This document shows positions 35,583 to 50,283 of a DNA stretch of 64,000 bases, one piece after another (the first letter of the stretch is position 1; every line of letters starts with the position of its first letter). Both the position numbers and the translations under genes were made by a program. The stretch comes from Peribolospora baueri (taxonomy: Eukaryota): contig JAMDHS010000008.1 of assembly GCA_029717555.1 (NCBI GenBank), forward strand, positions 1-64,000, in the 5' to 3' direction. Below the pieces are notes generated by a model that did no database searches, was not told the DNA's origin, and was given only the letters and a program-made list of their open reading frames with translations.

Positions 35583-38053
35583 CTAGTACGACGGACACCT
35601 GCATGGTATGCGAGGACAGAAACGACTCACGAGAGAATACTCCCTCGTCGGGGGAGTCAAGTCTTTACCTCCCCTCGCGTGTCGGACGACGTTTAGCATG
35701 CGCACTGAGCGAGCGATAGAGGAGCCATGACGCCGAAGGTGAGACTTTCGCCCCACTGCCAGGAGAAACATGCATACCGCGAGGCAAACTTACGGATTTC
35801 CCAACAGCCATCCAGCGGCTCGTCCTCGATCTCCGCCTCGTCCTCGCTGTCCACCAGCACGTCTCTTCCAGATTTAATGCGTTCATAAGCCACTGTGGGG
35901 GCGAGAAGAGATTGGGAAATATCGGAAAGAGTAAGAACACATAGCTTTCCACGCTAAACCGATAAACATGCAGGCCACTCACTGAGGAGCAACTCGCCCT
36001 GCCTTCTCCCCTTATCATCGTCTCTAGCGTGGAAAGGCAAGCCCTGCGAGAGAGCGTGTTTCTCCTTTTGCCTCCTCCTCCTCACCGAGTCTCTGATCAC
36101 TCTGGCCTCCTTCTCCCTCTTCTCCAACAAAGCCTTCGGCAATCCGTCCTGCTGCTCTGGCGGCAAGGCCGAATCGGACCCAACACCATCCTCCGCAACA
36201 TGGCTGCGGGCTCCTGCTCCTGCTTGACCAGAGCCCGAACTCGCGCCGGGTCGGAGGCCGAGCACGGAAGGATAGCCACCACCATCGTCGACATCCATGG
36301 CCGTGCTAGACACACTCGGTCGCCGGCTCATGCTTCCGCTCACCATCGACGCTCCATCCTCTTCGGCTGCCTTCGCCGCCGCCCCTTTCCTCCCTCTCCC
36401 ACCAGTGCTCAACCTTGATCGCTTGTTGGTAGCATTACCACCGTTCGACAGGGCGGAAGCGGAGCCTTTTGCAGAAGCTGCGCTCTTCCGCTTCCCTCTC
36501 TTCCCGCCGGAAGTCGAGCCACCGGCACCGCGGGCATTCCCAATGCCAACACCACTACCGCTTCCTCCCACCCCGCCCGTCACACTACTCCCGTCCGCAG
36601 ATTCTCCCTCCACCTTAACACCACCAGCCTCCTCTTCGCCGAGCTTGACGAGGAACGCAGCACGAGAGTCCCTCATGCGATTCCCCCACTCGATCTCCTC
36701 TTCTTCGTCCACGTTCTCTGCCGCTGCCTCTTCGGGGGTCTGGGCGTGCAAGGGAGGAACGGGATGAGGAGGGGGGGTGGCACCTTCGGCGAGCTCGCCG
36801 AGCGGCTCGGAAGGAGGCGCAGAGAATGGATTACTCTTGTTTCCGAGGGGATCCTCGAGGTAGCGGTAAATGAGCCAGAGGAAGGCGCGCGCTCGCTCGG
36901 CGGACGAGACCGGGTGGGCAGGGAGCGGAAAGAAGATGGTGTAGAAGTCGTGAGGCAGGGCGAAGTGTTCTCGAGAAAGGAACTACGTCAGACGTAGGAC
37001 ACAGGTTTGAAACAAGAAAGGTATCAGTGGTCGGTATGGACCGCGGGAAGCTGAGAAGGTACTCACATTAGCGCTGACCGCGAAGACGAAGATGAGGTTG
37101 ATGATACTCGTGGGAGGACGATAGCCTTGTTCCTGCGATAGTACGGGACAAGAATAACGTGTCCTCTGTCAGTAGAGTACTGGTGATCTCTCATCCACAC
37201 AGCATCCATACAGCTTACCCAAAGGTGTATGATCTCCTCCAATGAATTGGGCCCGCCGATCCTCTCGTGCTCAAGGATAGACCCTTTGAGCTGGCTCTTC
37301 ATCCGAGGAGCGTCCTGCAAATTGCGTTTGCTGATATCAGACTTTTGGAGCACGGGGATGGGATGGTAGGAGCGCAGTACGGTCTTCATCTCGGGGTAGA
37401 CTGGGTGGCAGGGCGGGAGAAGCAAGCGGGGATCGGAGCAGTGATTGGAGTAAGAGACTTGTCGCAACGGACATCACTATGAGCTTCCTTTTTTAACTCA
37501 CAGGCCAGGGTGGTATTGATTCGTCCAACATTAACTAACAGGCATACCATGGCGAAATCCCTCGCGTAGTCAGCGTTTTCCATGAGCTTCTCCCTCATGA
37601 CCTTGGAGCATTTGGTCGAGTTGACAATCGAGTCGATATAGAGCTCGGAGAAAGTCATCTTGGCTTTGACATTCGCACCAGGATCCGAGCCAGCAAAGAT
37701 GGGGTTGCCGGACGAAGAGGAGGCATGTCGAGGGTTGGTGAACGCGCGCGTCTTGTCGTTGAACAGGCAGGCCATCAAAGCGTGCTGGATATCACGTCGC
37801 GTAAGCGTCTCGCCATCGAAGCGTTTGATCGCTTGGTTGCGGACGACCGGTTGGCTGTGAAAGATAAGACACGAGGGTGGGGCGCAAGATGGCGTTCGAA
37901 AGATTGATGGGCAGACAAGCATGTCCGTCAGAGCAGTTGCCTTTCGGACGACGAGCTGGTAGGAGCACGTCTCGCTCACGTCGGTTTCACGGGCAGCGCA
38001 GGGGTGTTCGCGGCCGACCTATCGTCCCCGACATCGGTCCTGGGGGTGGCCAT
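35583..38053 (-). CDS. IES1: INO80 complex subunit Ies1-like protein (3' end approximate)
   Basis: IKRFDGETLTRRDIQ...LFND...FTN; TFSELYI; AMVCLLVNVGRINTT; FYPEMKTVLRSYHPIPVLQ...LQDAPRMKS. Confidence 0.82.
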
Positions 38054-38342
38054 GTTGGTCTCTGTCTTGTGCTCGAGTGCGAGCAGGCCGAACGCCTAGA
38101 CAAGAGCCAACCGACGTCGTCAGTCAGTCCAACTCGTTCTCATATGATCGGGGTCGGAAGATCTGGCCGTGTGCGATCCAGATCCCCCTCGCGGGAGTAG
38201 ACGGCGGATAGCGGAAAGAAGGAGTTCGCACGCTCCGGCGCCGTCTAACCCTAACCGACGCTCAGGAAGGCCTCGCCGGCGAGATCGGATGAGGCGACCG
38301 AACTGAACTGACATCGGTTCGTTCATCCAACTCGATATATCC

Positions 38343-40078
38343 ATGGCTCATCTCAGCGCACGAGCGGGTGAGTGCTGTGTGCCGTTCTCCATCCTCGCTC
38401 TTGGGGCCGCATGGATCCTCTGCTCACCTTTCTTGTCCATCTATCTTCACTAGCGCCGGCGCTCCGCCACGTCTCGCTCGCAGCCCCGGCTGCAAGGCCG
38501 GCCGTCGCCGCCGCTGCTGTCTGTCAGAAGCGTCACAACCATGACCTCGTTATCAAGAGGCTCACCGGGAAGCCCATCATCAAGAGCGGGCCTTACGGTG
38601 GTGGTCGGTAAGTGCGCGTGGCGGGGCGACTGCCTCCTCCTTCTCGGTCAGCTTCGTTGGATATGTGATGCGCGCATGTGATACTGATCCCCCACGATGG
38701 CCGCTCGCTTCGTCCCTCGCCTTCTAGATCTTCCGTATCTGGACAGATTGCCACCGTGTTTGGGTGCACCGGTTTCCTGGGCCGCTACCTCGTCAACCGC
38801 CTCGGTGAGCGAGCCAACTGGCAGCGTGCCAGTGCGCCCTACCTTTGTTTCCGAGCTTACCTCCCGCCTATGCCCTCTTCTTCCCCCCTCAGCTCAAAAG
38901 GGTACACAAGTTGTTGTGCCATACCGCGACGAGGACGAGAAGAGGCACTTGAAGCTCATGGGTGATCTCGGACAGGTTGTGCCATTGGTGAGTGTTTGAC
39001 ACAGACGTTCCATCGCACATCTGTCCGCGAAGACTCAGCGTTCTGAGGCTGGCTTCTGTACTATCTACCTTGTGCCGCTCTCAGGAATGGGACATCCGCA
39101 ACCTGGAGCAGATCGAAGAGTGCTTGAGGCACTCCGACACCGTTTACAATCTCGTTGGTCGCGATTGGGAGACAAAGTGAGTTTCACCGGTCCACTTGAC
39201 TGGGAGGTGGGGTCCAGTCTACGAGTCGTATATCTAACATTTCTCCACTATCCTTCGCTCGCAAAGGAACTTCAAATTTGAAGATGTCCACGTCACCGGC
39301 GCTCGTCTCATCGCTGAGATTGCCCAGGCCAACGGCGTTTCTCGCTTTATCCATGTCTCCCACCTCAACGCCGACCCCGAGTCTGAGAGCGTCCTCTACC
39401 GCGCGAAGGCGGCTGGCGAAGAGGCTGTGAAGAAGGCCTTTGAGGGAGCGACGATTGTTCGGCCGTCGACCATGTTCGGTCATGAGGACAGGTTGTTGAA
39501 CACCATGGCTGGTGAGCGTTGCCGTCTACTCAGCTTGAAGTCGATCGAACAGGGTAGAATGCTCATTGACGTGCCTCGACCCGATCCCCTCAGTCTACCC
39601 CTTCTCGTACCGCGTCAACCACGGGCGGACGCGCGTTCGTCCCGTGCACTCGCTGAACGTCGCCGCAGCCCTCGAGGTGATGATGAACGCCGAGGAGACT
39701 TCGATTGGCTCTACCTTCACGCTTGACGGACCTAGGGAATACACGTACGAGGAGCTGCTCGATATCGTCGAGCGATTCACCTTCAACAAGACCTCTGGTC
39801 TTAACGTACCCAGGCCAGCGATGAAGCTCCTTGCCAACGCGGCCGAACTGCTCTGGTGGCCCACGCTCAGCCCGGACGAGGTTACGAGAAGGTACATCAA
39901 CGACAAGCCCGTCGAGCCGGGCACCAAGAGCTGGGCGGACTTGGCCATAGAGCCGGATGTGCTCGAGGACGTGGCCATCGCGTACCTCCGTCGATACAGG
40001 TCCGACCTGTACTTTGACCTCCCTATCCGGGCAGGAGGTGTGCAGGCCAAGCAGAAGGCTTACCATGTCGTGGATTAG
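38343..40078 (+). CDS. NDUFA9: NADH:ubiquinone oxidoreductase 39/40-kDa subunit (NDUFA9 homolog)
   Basis: Mitochondrial-type presequence, [53 protein letters not shown] and [14 protein letters not shown]. Confidence 0.95.
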
Positions 40079-40439
40079 AGCGAGCACGGCGGACCTTATT
40101 GGGCGGGATTCTTAGTCGCCCTCGAGCGTCGGACTTGTTACGTTCCTTTTACTTTCTCGTCCCTTCCTGAAGTACTACGTACAGTAAATACGCTGAGTTG
40201 CGTGGCCTCGCTGTCAAGTGTGTCTTGCTGTGCTACGAAAGACAAATAAACATACATGCCCGTTGCAAGCGACGCCTGTCCGTCTGCTCTGGTCGCCCCC
40301 CCGCCCTCGGGCGCCGATCAGCTTCCGCAGTCGCACCTTCTTTCAACATCAACCAAATAGACAACCGACGGCCATCTCCAACTAGATTGGACATCGCCCA
40401 CTGCTCCTCATCTCGCCGCCATCCTCTTCACCCCGCAAC

Positions 40440-41761
40440 ATGGGTGCCACAGAATCCCGCTCCCGACTCTCGTCATCTAACGAACACCCCACACAGGGCT
40501 ACCACGTCCTGCGCGTCGCCGACGGCTCCCCCGCCGCGCAAGCCGGCATCGAGCCTTTCTTCGACTTCATCCTCGGTATCGATGGCGTGGCCCTCGACCC
40601 TTCCAGGGACGTAGATGGAAGGAGAAGTGGCGATGTTGCCCAGCAACAGGAACCGAGAACGCCTGGCGTAGGGGATTCGGCGGGGATGGGGGCGTGGAAG
40701 AGCTTGGAGGAAAGAGAGGGAACGACGGTCGTGCTGAACGTGTGGAGCTCCAAGAGGCAGGAGTTGAGAGGCGAGTGTCGCTGCCCTGTTTAAGCACCAT
40801 TGGCTGTTGCTCTGCCTTGACGCTTTGTCTGCGTCCTTGGTGCCTTCCCGACCCTTGCCACATCCCTCGGGCTCAACACCCTGTCTTCTGTTTTCTCTGT
40901 AGACGTGGCAATCATTCCCGCCAGGCACTGGTCATCCCCCTCGACGCCTACACCTACCAATACAGCAACGCAGCCCTCCCTTCTCGGCCTCTCTCTCCGA
41001 CTCTGCGACCCTTCGACGTCCCTCTTGAACGTATGGCATATATTGGAAGTCCTCGAGGGATCGCCCGCCGAGAGCGCCGGGCTTGTTCCGTTCGGAGATT
41101 GGGTCATCGGCTGGGCCGGGGGCGTGATGAGCGGCGAGGGCGATTTCTACGAGGTCGTCGAGGCTGTGAGCTATGGGCCTCGTTCTTCTAGCTGGTACCG
41201 AGGAACTGATCTCCTCTCCCTGTCTATCTGTACGGCGCAGCATCTGGACCGACCGCTTCGGTTGTATGTGTACAACGCCGACTATGATCATACCCGCGAG
41301 GTCATCATCGTCCCGAATAGAAATTGGGGAGGAGACGGCCTGCTCGGGTGTGGAGTTGGGTGAGGATTGGTTTGATTCTTCGGAGGACGTGAATTAGCCT
41401 CGTCGGCGCTCTGCGCTCGTTGCCTTGGAGCGCTCCTTCCTAACCAGTCACACTCCATATATTGATTGACAGATACGGTCTCCTACACCGCATTCCGAAA
41501 CCACAAGAGCACGTTGGCAGGGCCTCTTTGGCGGCAGATGAGGCGCCGGCTCCGGAGCCGAAGGAGTACGTCCGACAAGGCGTCCTCAGCGTCCATACGG
41601 AAGACGGCGGCGCCAGCATGCCGACGTCCGGTGTTCCTTCTGCCTCAGGTGGAAGTGGCAAGGCGTCTGCTGGGCAGGCACAAGACGGCATGTTCAGGCC
41701 GGCAGACGCATACCTCCCTCTGCCCAAGCAGACGGTGTCTGTGCCCGTGGAAGAGGCATAG
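40440..41761 (+). CDS. GRH1: GRASP55/65 family Golgi protein (Grh1)
   Basis: GYHVLRVADGSPAAQAGIEPFFDFI; LLGLSLR; VWHILEVLEGSPAESAGLVPFGDW; PNRNWGGDGLLGCGVG|YGLLHRIP. Confidence 0.93.
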
Positions 41762-42492
41762 CATGCCATCCTGTTGGAGCTGTCGACTCGAGGCTCGGGC
41801 TCGTTGCATGAGGGATGGTTTGGTTTGATTCGGTCTGGCCAAGTGTATGCTAGCTACGTGGATGACGTGCAACGTGAGGAAGCGCACTTGCTCTCGACCT
41901 CGATGGCTGGGTCGACAAAGACGCCCGCACGTCATCGGCTCTCGCCTACCTGCGCCCATGTTCCCACCTGAAGGGTATGCTCGCCGAAAGAAACAAGCTG
42001 GATTGCGCCTGAGCCGTTCACTCTCCTTCCCTCCCAGGGATCCTGTGTTCGAGCCCGACCACGACGTAGGGAGACGACGAGTCGGGCACGAGCAACGACG
42101 TCCTCTAGACCCTTGCAGTCCTCCGCACAGTACTCACGGCACCCCGGACGGCGTCTCCAAGTTCGGCCACCAAAAAGCGCGGCCGTCCCCACTTTCGTTC
42201 GGGAATACAGTCACAAGTCCAATAGGGCCTCGGTCATGACACGTAGTGCCTTAGTGCGGTTCTTCACTGTTCACGACAACGCCCTTGCTGTGTGCAATGT
42301 GGGCGATGGGACGAAGGGAACGAAGCAGGGGCGGGTTGATGACCCAGGTCACGTGCACGAGATCGCCCAGGACACACGCTCCGCAGTTATTTCTCGATAC
42401 TCTCATCCGAGCGCATGTTTGGAGGAAAGACAGGGAAGGGACTTGCGATCATCGGCAACGACCAATTCACCTCGACGCAACCACAGCACACG

Positions 42493-44367
42493 ATGGCCGA
42501 CGTCGCAATACCCCCCTCTGCATCTTCCTCCGTCCCTGCTGCATCGTCTCTTCGGGTGAGCCTTCAGGACGCGACCCGCTGCCTCTCACTTGCACCCAAC
42601 CACTTCCACGCTGAGCCATTTCCTTCGTCTTCACCCTTCATCGGCCGGCCTCTTAGCAAAGCCTCGATGCTCACAACGCCGCGTTTGAGTCTCTCTTGCG
42701 CCTCATTCCCGCAAAGCTTTATCTTGTGAATGACGTTGAAGACCAAGTGGTGAGTGATCCCCGGGACGGCACATGCGTTCAATGCGCCTGGAGATCTGCG
42801 CCCCTCCCCGTTCTCCATGGTCCCGAAAACGGCGGCGACTTAGTTGTCCCGTGTGTGGCTTTCGTCCGAGTTAGTACGACTCCAAGTACCAGAAGAACAA
42901 GCGCAAGAAGAACGAGGCCAAGCAAGCGATAAAGGAGGCAAGCAAGAAGGCAAAGCGACAGAAGGTAGGTCTCCTTACAGACTCAAGGCTTTGGCTGGCG
43001 TTCTATGCGTCTCGCCTTGATACTTTTGACACCCACTCGTTGCCCTGCCCACGGCCCTCTTTGTTCTCTAAGCTCGACCCCGCAAACGCCAAAACCGTTT
43101 TGGAAATTCAGGCCGAGCGTGCGGCCACCAAAGCCAAGTCTAAAGAGGACCAAGGTGATGATGAGGATGACGAGGATGATGGAACTGGGAGTGAAGGCGG
43201 GGACTTCAACATTGCATTGGTTGGAGTGATGAATGGTGCTGGCGATGAGGAGGGTGATGAACAGGGCGATGGAAGAGGCCCGCCCGCTCGACGTCTCAAG
43301 AACGAGTCGATCGCAGACGTCCGGGCACGCTTGCACCAGAAAATTGCCTCCCTTCGGGCAAACCGGGGCAGAGGTGGCGCAACGGCCTCGGCTGGAGGCG
43401 CAGACGGCGAGGGGGCGACGTCGACGACGAAGGACGATCTGTTGGAAGAGCGACGGAGGAAGCGAGGGGAAATGCGAGATCGGAGAAGAAGGGAGAGGAA
43501 GCAGGAGAGGAAGCAGGCAAAGAAAGGAAAAGAACAGGCGATGGCTCTGAAGGAGGATCCGGGGGCAAAAAGCAAGGGCACGGAGAGGGAGAAGGACAAG
43601 GAGACGAGGGGTAATACCAAGGTCAGTAGAGGCGCGCCTTGGTTGGGAAGATGTTTTCATGCTTGTCGCGCTCACCGGGACGTCCGTCTTCATCATCATT
43701 TGGCAGGCGCCGGCCCTTCTTGTGTCTGATAAGACCACCTCGAAGCCCTCCTCATCTGTCCACGATGTTTCCACCGACGCCAGCGGGCTCTCGTTCTCTA
43801 CCGTCGACTTTGGTTCGGGGAAGAAGAAGAAAAAGGTAGACGCCAAATCTGCGCTGGCGGCTTTGACGGCGAAGAAGGAGAAGTTGGCTTCGATGGACTC
43901 GGACGAAAGGACCAAAGTGGAGGAGAAGGACCGGTGGGGCAAGGCGCTGGCTAGCGCAAGCGGAGAGAAGGTCAAGGACGACGAGGTTCTGCTTAAGAAG
44001 AGCATCAAGAAGAAGGAGAAGAGCAAGGAGAAGAGTCGGAAGGCCTGGTGAGTCTTTGCTTGACGATTTTCGTTTCTCGCCCAAGCAGCACCTCGCTTTG
44101 TTCCGATATGATTCTGAATCGACCTCTTCGCGCCACAGGACGGATCGCGAAGAGCACCAGCGGGAGATGGAGGCAGCGAGGCAAAAGAAGCGTACAGAAA
44201 ACCTGGCAACTAAGAAAGACCGGGCCAAGCGCGGTGGTAAGACGGGAGGCGCCAAGGGTGGTGGAAAGAAGAACAAGGCCCGGCCCGGCTTTGAGGGCAA
44301 GTTCGGTGGGGGTAGCGTCAAGGGGAACAAGGGGAAGGCTAAGCCGGGCGCGGGGAAGAAGGGATGA
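42493..44367 (+). CDS. RRP14: Rrp14/SURF6 nucleolar ribosome biogenesis protein
   Basis: N-terminal HNAAFESLLRLIPAKLY; C-terminal GEKVKDDEVLLKKSIKKKEKSKEKSRKAW...RQKKRTENL...RPGFEG. Confidence 0.92.
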
Positions 44368-44737
44368 CGTCTGGGAGGTGCAAGCAAGCAGGCTACGTTC
44401 GTGTTCAAGAAACATATTGAATGAAAAAAGGGGAAGGCTGTACCCGGTCGATTCTTGCGGCCACGCCACCCCACCACCCATGTATCAGGTTTGTCGAGGT
44501 GTGCATGAGATTCGCGCTGGTGAATGTAAACGTTGCATGGATTGCATGCTCCATCGTGGGTGATAATACCAAACCCAGGCTGGCCTCGAACGAAGGCGTC
44601 CATAATCGTTCCCCTCAAGCAATCATACAAGTAATGAATGGGCCAAATAAAGCATCGCGCGATACACTGAGCACAGTCCGAGCGCATCGTCGCCCAGTCA
44701 GAGAGAGACCTTCCTTCCTTCTTTCCTTCCTTCCTCC

Positions 44738-45813
44738 TCAATCCGGATCTTTCCTGAACCATTGTCCAAAGCCGATGGCCTTCCAAGGCTCGTCCGCACC
44801 CCCTTTGTCCACGTCCATCTGAGCGTCTCCAGTCGTCGCAGTGCGCTCCGCTTCCATGCCGGACGGCCTGAGCTGTGTCGGTGAAAGAGGGCTTGAATTC
44901 TGAACGGTCCGTCCAGTTAAAGATCGAGTTGGAGCAGGTTTGATTGGTCGCGGCGATGGCGACGAAGAGCCGGTCTGTCCGCCACGGCCTACCCAGACGT
45001 CCATGTCTACCTGCATGCCCGTTTCGGTCGTCAACGTGGCTGTGGCAGACTTCTGGGAGCCGTGAGAGTCATTCTCGGAGCGCTCGGCGAGGTCCGTCGC
45101 TTCCGTATCATAGCTTCAGCAACATCATCGAAGGGGAGACAAAGTGAGGATGGATGGGTCAGCCTTCTTGCCGACCGGTTGTGTTCAAGCAGAGGAGCCC
45201 AAACACTCACCCAGACTCGTTCTCCTCCTCGAGCGCCCTCTTGGCCCTACTCGACGCGAACGTGGACCCGGATCCAGATCTGGAGCTCGTCTCGTTTCCG
45301 TCCGCCCATCGCTCCCGCACTCTCCCCTCGGTCGTCTCGACCCTCAGCGATAGACCAGCCCGTTCCCGATCCAGAAGAGGTACCATGGACTCGCACATGG
45401 GCCTCAATCCTGAAGCGTAAGAGGGATATTCGGAGGCGTAGGTTTGTCGCACGTGGAAGAGAGTGTCAGACGCGGACCGAAAGAGGGGAGCGTTGGCGAA
45501 AGAGGTGTCTCCGATGGAGGATATGGACGCCGCCGACGAGGGCTTTGTCTGGTATCCAGCGCTGATATCTGACAGAATGACGGGGAAATCAGGTGTCAGA
45601 ATAAGCCAGAGGGCACGCGGTGCGAAGGATCGCATTACTGGGACTCGCAGTCGGGGCAATGGACGAGCAGGGAGCGAGAGACGGACACTCACTCTTCCGT
45701 ATTCTTGCCCCAACGCTTGTCATGAGAGCCGCTTTGATATCTTCTCCGTTATAATCATCTCTCCGTACAAAAGTCGCCGTGGCACGGGTATTGCGCTTGT
45801 GGGCGGAGGCCAT
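44738..45813 (-). CDS. Spd1/Dif1-like ribonucleotide reductase inhibitor (RNR_inhib motif), 3 exons
   Basis: Splicing gives LMTSVGARIRK|NISAGYQT, resembling the Spd1/Dif1 motif L..VGMR[IV]R..V..GY.T. The rest is disordered. Confidence 0.7.
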
Positions 45814-46776
45814 TGACCGCGAGATTTCGGGGTCGACGAAAACCAAGAGGGGCGGCGAGGTGGTGGTGGGCAAGGTGGGTGCGAGCAAGAGCGAGAAGAG
45901 CAGAACAAATGTACAAGTTGTTTTCAGAGCCCGTGGATAAACACTAGCGAGGTAGAGAGCACCGTGCGTCAGGGATGGTGATGGGAAGGGGGACGGGTCG
46001 TAGAAGTTGAGGGCGAGGCGGGGCGTCTCAGCGCGCCGCGCCGCGCCGCGTAAATTGCTCCATATCATAGCCGAGACGCCGAACGTGCCCTCCATTTTCT
46101 GACCAGCATCCGTCCTCGTTGGCCCCCACGAGGCCGAGGAGGGCGAACGTCGTCGTCGTCATCGTCGCCGTCTGTAGCCACCGTGCTGACGTCCACAGCT
46201 CTCGCATGCAAATTCACATCGCCTCCTATTCTGGGCGGGGCCTCACCTTGACGCGGCAATATCGCCCGGAAAGCAAAAAAGAGACCGACCGGCGCGCCGA
46301 TCGCAAACAAGGAGTTGTAAGAGAGGAGCCGGTCGATTCCAGCGTCCTCTTCCGAGGCCAACATAAGTGTCCAACCGAGACGGCCCCAGATTACACTATT
46401 GGACGACCCCTTCTGGTCGATTTCATCGCCCGGCCAATCCTGTTGTAACCATGCTTGGATCGTATGAAAAACTGCCCAGGGCCGCGAGCTGTCAACACAC
46501 ACGCCGCGCCGGTCACACAAGAGCAGGCATAGCGCCTCCTCCGTCCCGTCCACTAAGCCAGCCCCCTTCGCGCTCTAGACGTTTGTTTCCATCACAACAG
46601 TAACTCCGCTCGTTCACGCAGGTTCATTACAAAACTGTTCGCATTTGCATCTCTGTTTAGTTTGAACGGCCGAGACGGCAGGAGACAAGAGCAAAGGTTA
46701 TCCGTTGCCGATGACAGGAAGGGAGACAGCCGATGTGACGGCGTAGCGACTTTATCCTTCAGTGGGCGATGGCGAT

Positions 46777-48679
<1,903 letters not shown>

Positions 48680-49841
48680 TGTGAAGAGATGTGCGAGTGG
48701 GAGCGTGAAGGGGGGGTAGAGTGGGCAGCGAGGACGGAGGAGGAGGAGGAGGAGGTGGTGGTGATGAAGAGAAGAAAACCCTACGCCGGCTGCACGACGG
48801 GTGGGTATAAATCTGTCATCCTCTTCTCTCCCCGTGCGCGTCGCCGCCGCCCAATGATCTTTCCCGCCCCGTCCGTGACCTCACTATCGATTCCCTCCAC
48901 GTGTCCTCACGTGACACGACACAACCGATTCTGGACAGCGGATGGACAGACCCAGTGAGAAGACAGGCTGGCCAACGCAGTGCACAAAAAACCAAGCAGA
49001 CACACTTGGGAGCGACGAGTACATCTCAGACGGCCGTCCTGCTCCTCCACCTGGACCGCCTGCGCATGCACAGCCCGCTCTTGCCCGTCTGGGGGTCCGG
49101 GGCTCCCTTGCCTACCCCGGACACGTCCCTACTTCTCCCGATTTTTCGGGTCGACTCGGACCAGCTCGCGACGCTACAGTCGCTGGTTGGTCGGCGGCCG
49201 CGTGCGAGCACGGACGGCGGCAGTCTGCGTGCGTCACGGAGAAGCCATCGGAACATGCTATGCTGTTTCATGACGCTCGCCCCGCTCTTTCACATGGACG
49301 TGAACGCCTGGCCAGCGGACGGGCCAGATGTCCTACGCGCGATCGCTGTGTCGATCCTACTCGGCGCCGTCCTACTGTCTGTCTGCCTGTCTGGCGGGCT
49401 AGCTGGCTGGCTGGCGTGCGCCTCATGAGACTCGCTCGCCTCTCCTCGCCCTTTGAGTTCTTTCAATGCACACTCTTTCATTCACGACGAAAGACACCGT
49501 GGTTGCGAGAGGAGAGATACATCTGATGAGACGCCTCGACCGGTCATCTCCGCGGATCACAAGGAGCGGGCGCAGCGGCGCGGCGGAGCCGGCCGAGTTG
49601 CGGGAGCTGATGGTATGGCTGGTGTAAGCATGGTGAGCGGCTGGCCAGAGCGAAAGAGTTGTAAGTCGCTTGAGTAAATCCGGCGACCGTGCCTATTATA
49701 AGTGGGCCGCTGTGGCTTGAGCAGCTAGCTACAGTAGCTCGCTAGTCGCAATGCTGCGTTTATCGAACAGACTTCTCCATCCATCTCCTTCCTCACTGGG
49801 CGTGTAAGATTCAATCCGAGTCGGCTCGACTCGTCCGACCT

Positions 49842-49903
49842 GATCCTCGCACAGCAAGCAAGACGCGCCGCAGCATCGATCCTCGCACAGCAAGACGCGC
49901 CGC
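49842..49903. repeat. Imperfect direct duplication, GATCCTCGCACAGCAAG(CAAG)ACGCGCCGC x2
   Basis: Copies begin at 49842 and 49878. Confidence 0.85.
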
Positions 49904-50283
49904 GGGCCGACGTCGACGTCGACGTGGACGACCTGGTCTCCGTTCATCTTGTCTCGCTCGACTGGCTGTTTGTTCGCTATCCAGTGACACCTTGTGTCCG
50001 GTCGCCCTGTCCACGCCTGCAGCCACACCCTCCGCCGCCAGTCCCGTCCAGATCGCCCGCCCGGACACCCGCCCTCGCCGTTGCACCACAACTCGCGTCG
50101 CCGGCCCCTCCGTTCATCCTTCTCTCTCAGGCGCAGGCAACCAGCCTTAGAATTACCCTCAATACCCCTCTTCGCCTCCTTGCCCTGGCCGCTACCCCTT
50201 TGGCGTCCGTCGAAGCGTACCACCCAGCCGCCGTCGCACCTCTCACGTCGCTTCACCGCTTCCCCTCCCTCCGTCGCCTCAGG

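Noticed and set aside
38245..38256. Telomerase RNA template (CTAACCCTAA)
   Set aside because: It sits in a 290-bp gap between two start codons, too small for a fungal telomerase RNA. Treated as a promoter motif instead.
42983..44786. 408-aa and 344-aa minus-strand ORFs
   Set aside because: They are antisense shadows of the Lys/Glu-rich RRP14 gene.
46119..46448. 109-aa ORF between the Spd1-like gene and GAPDH
   Set aside because: No recognisable motif or splice structure; cannot be supported without expression data.
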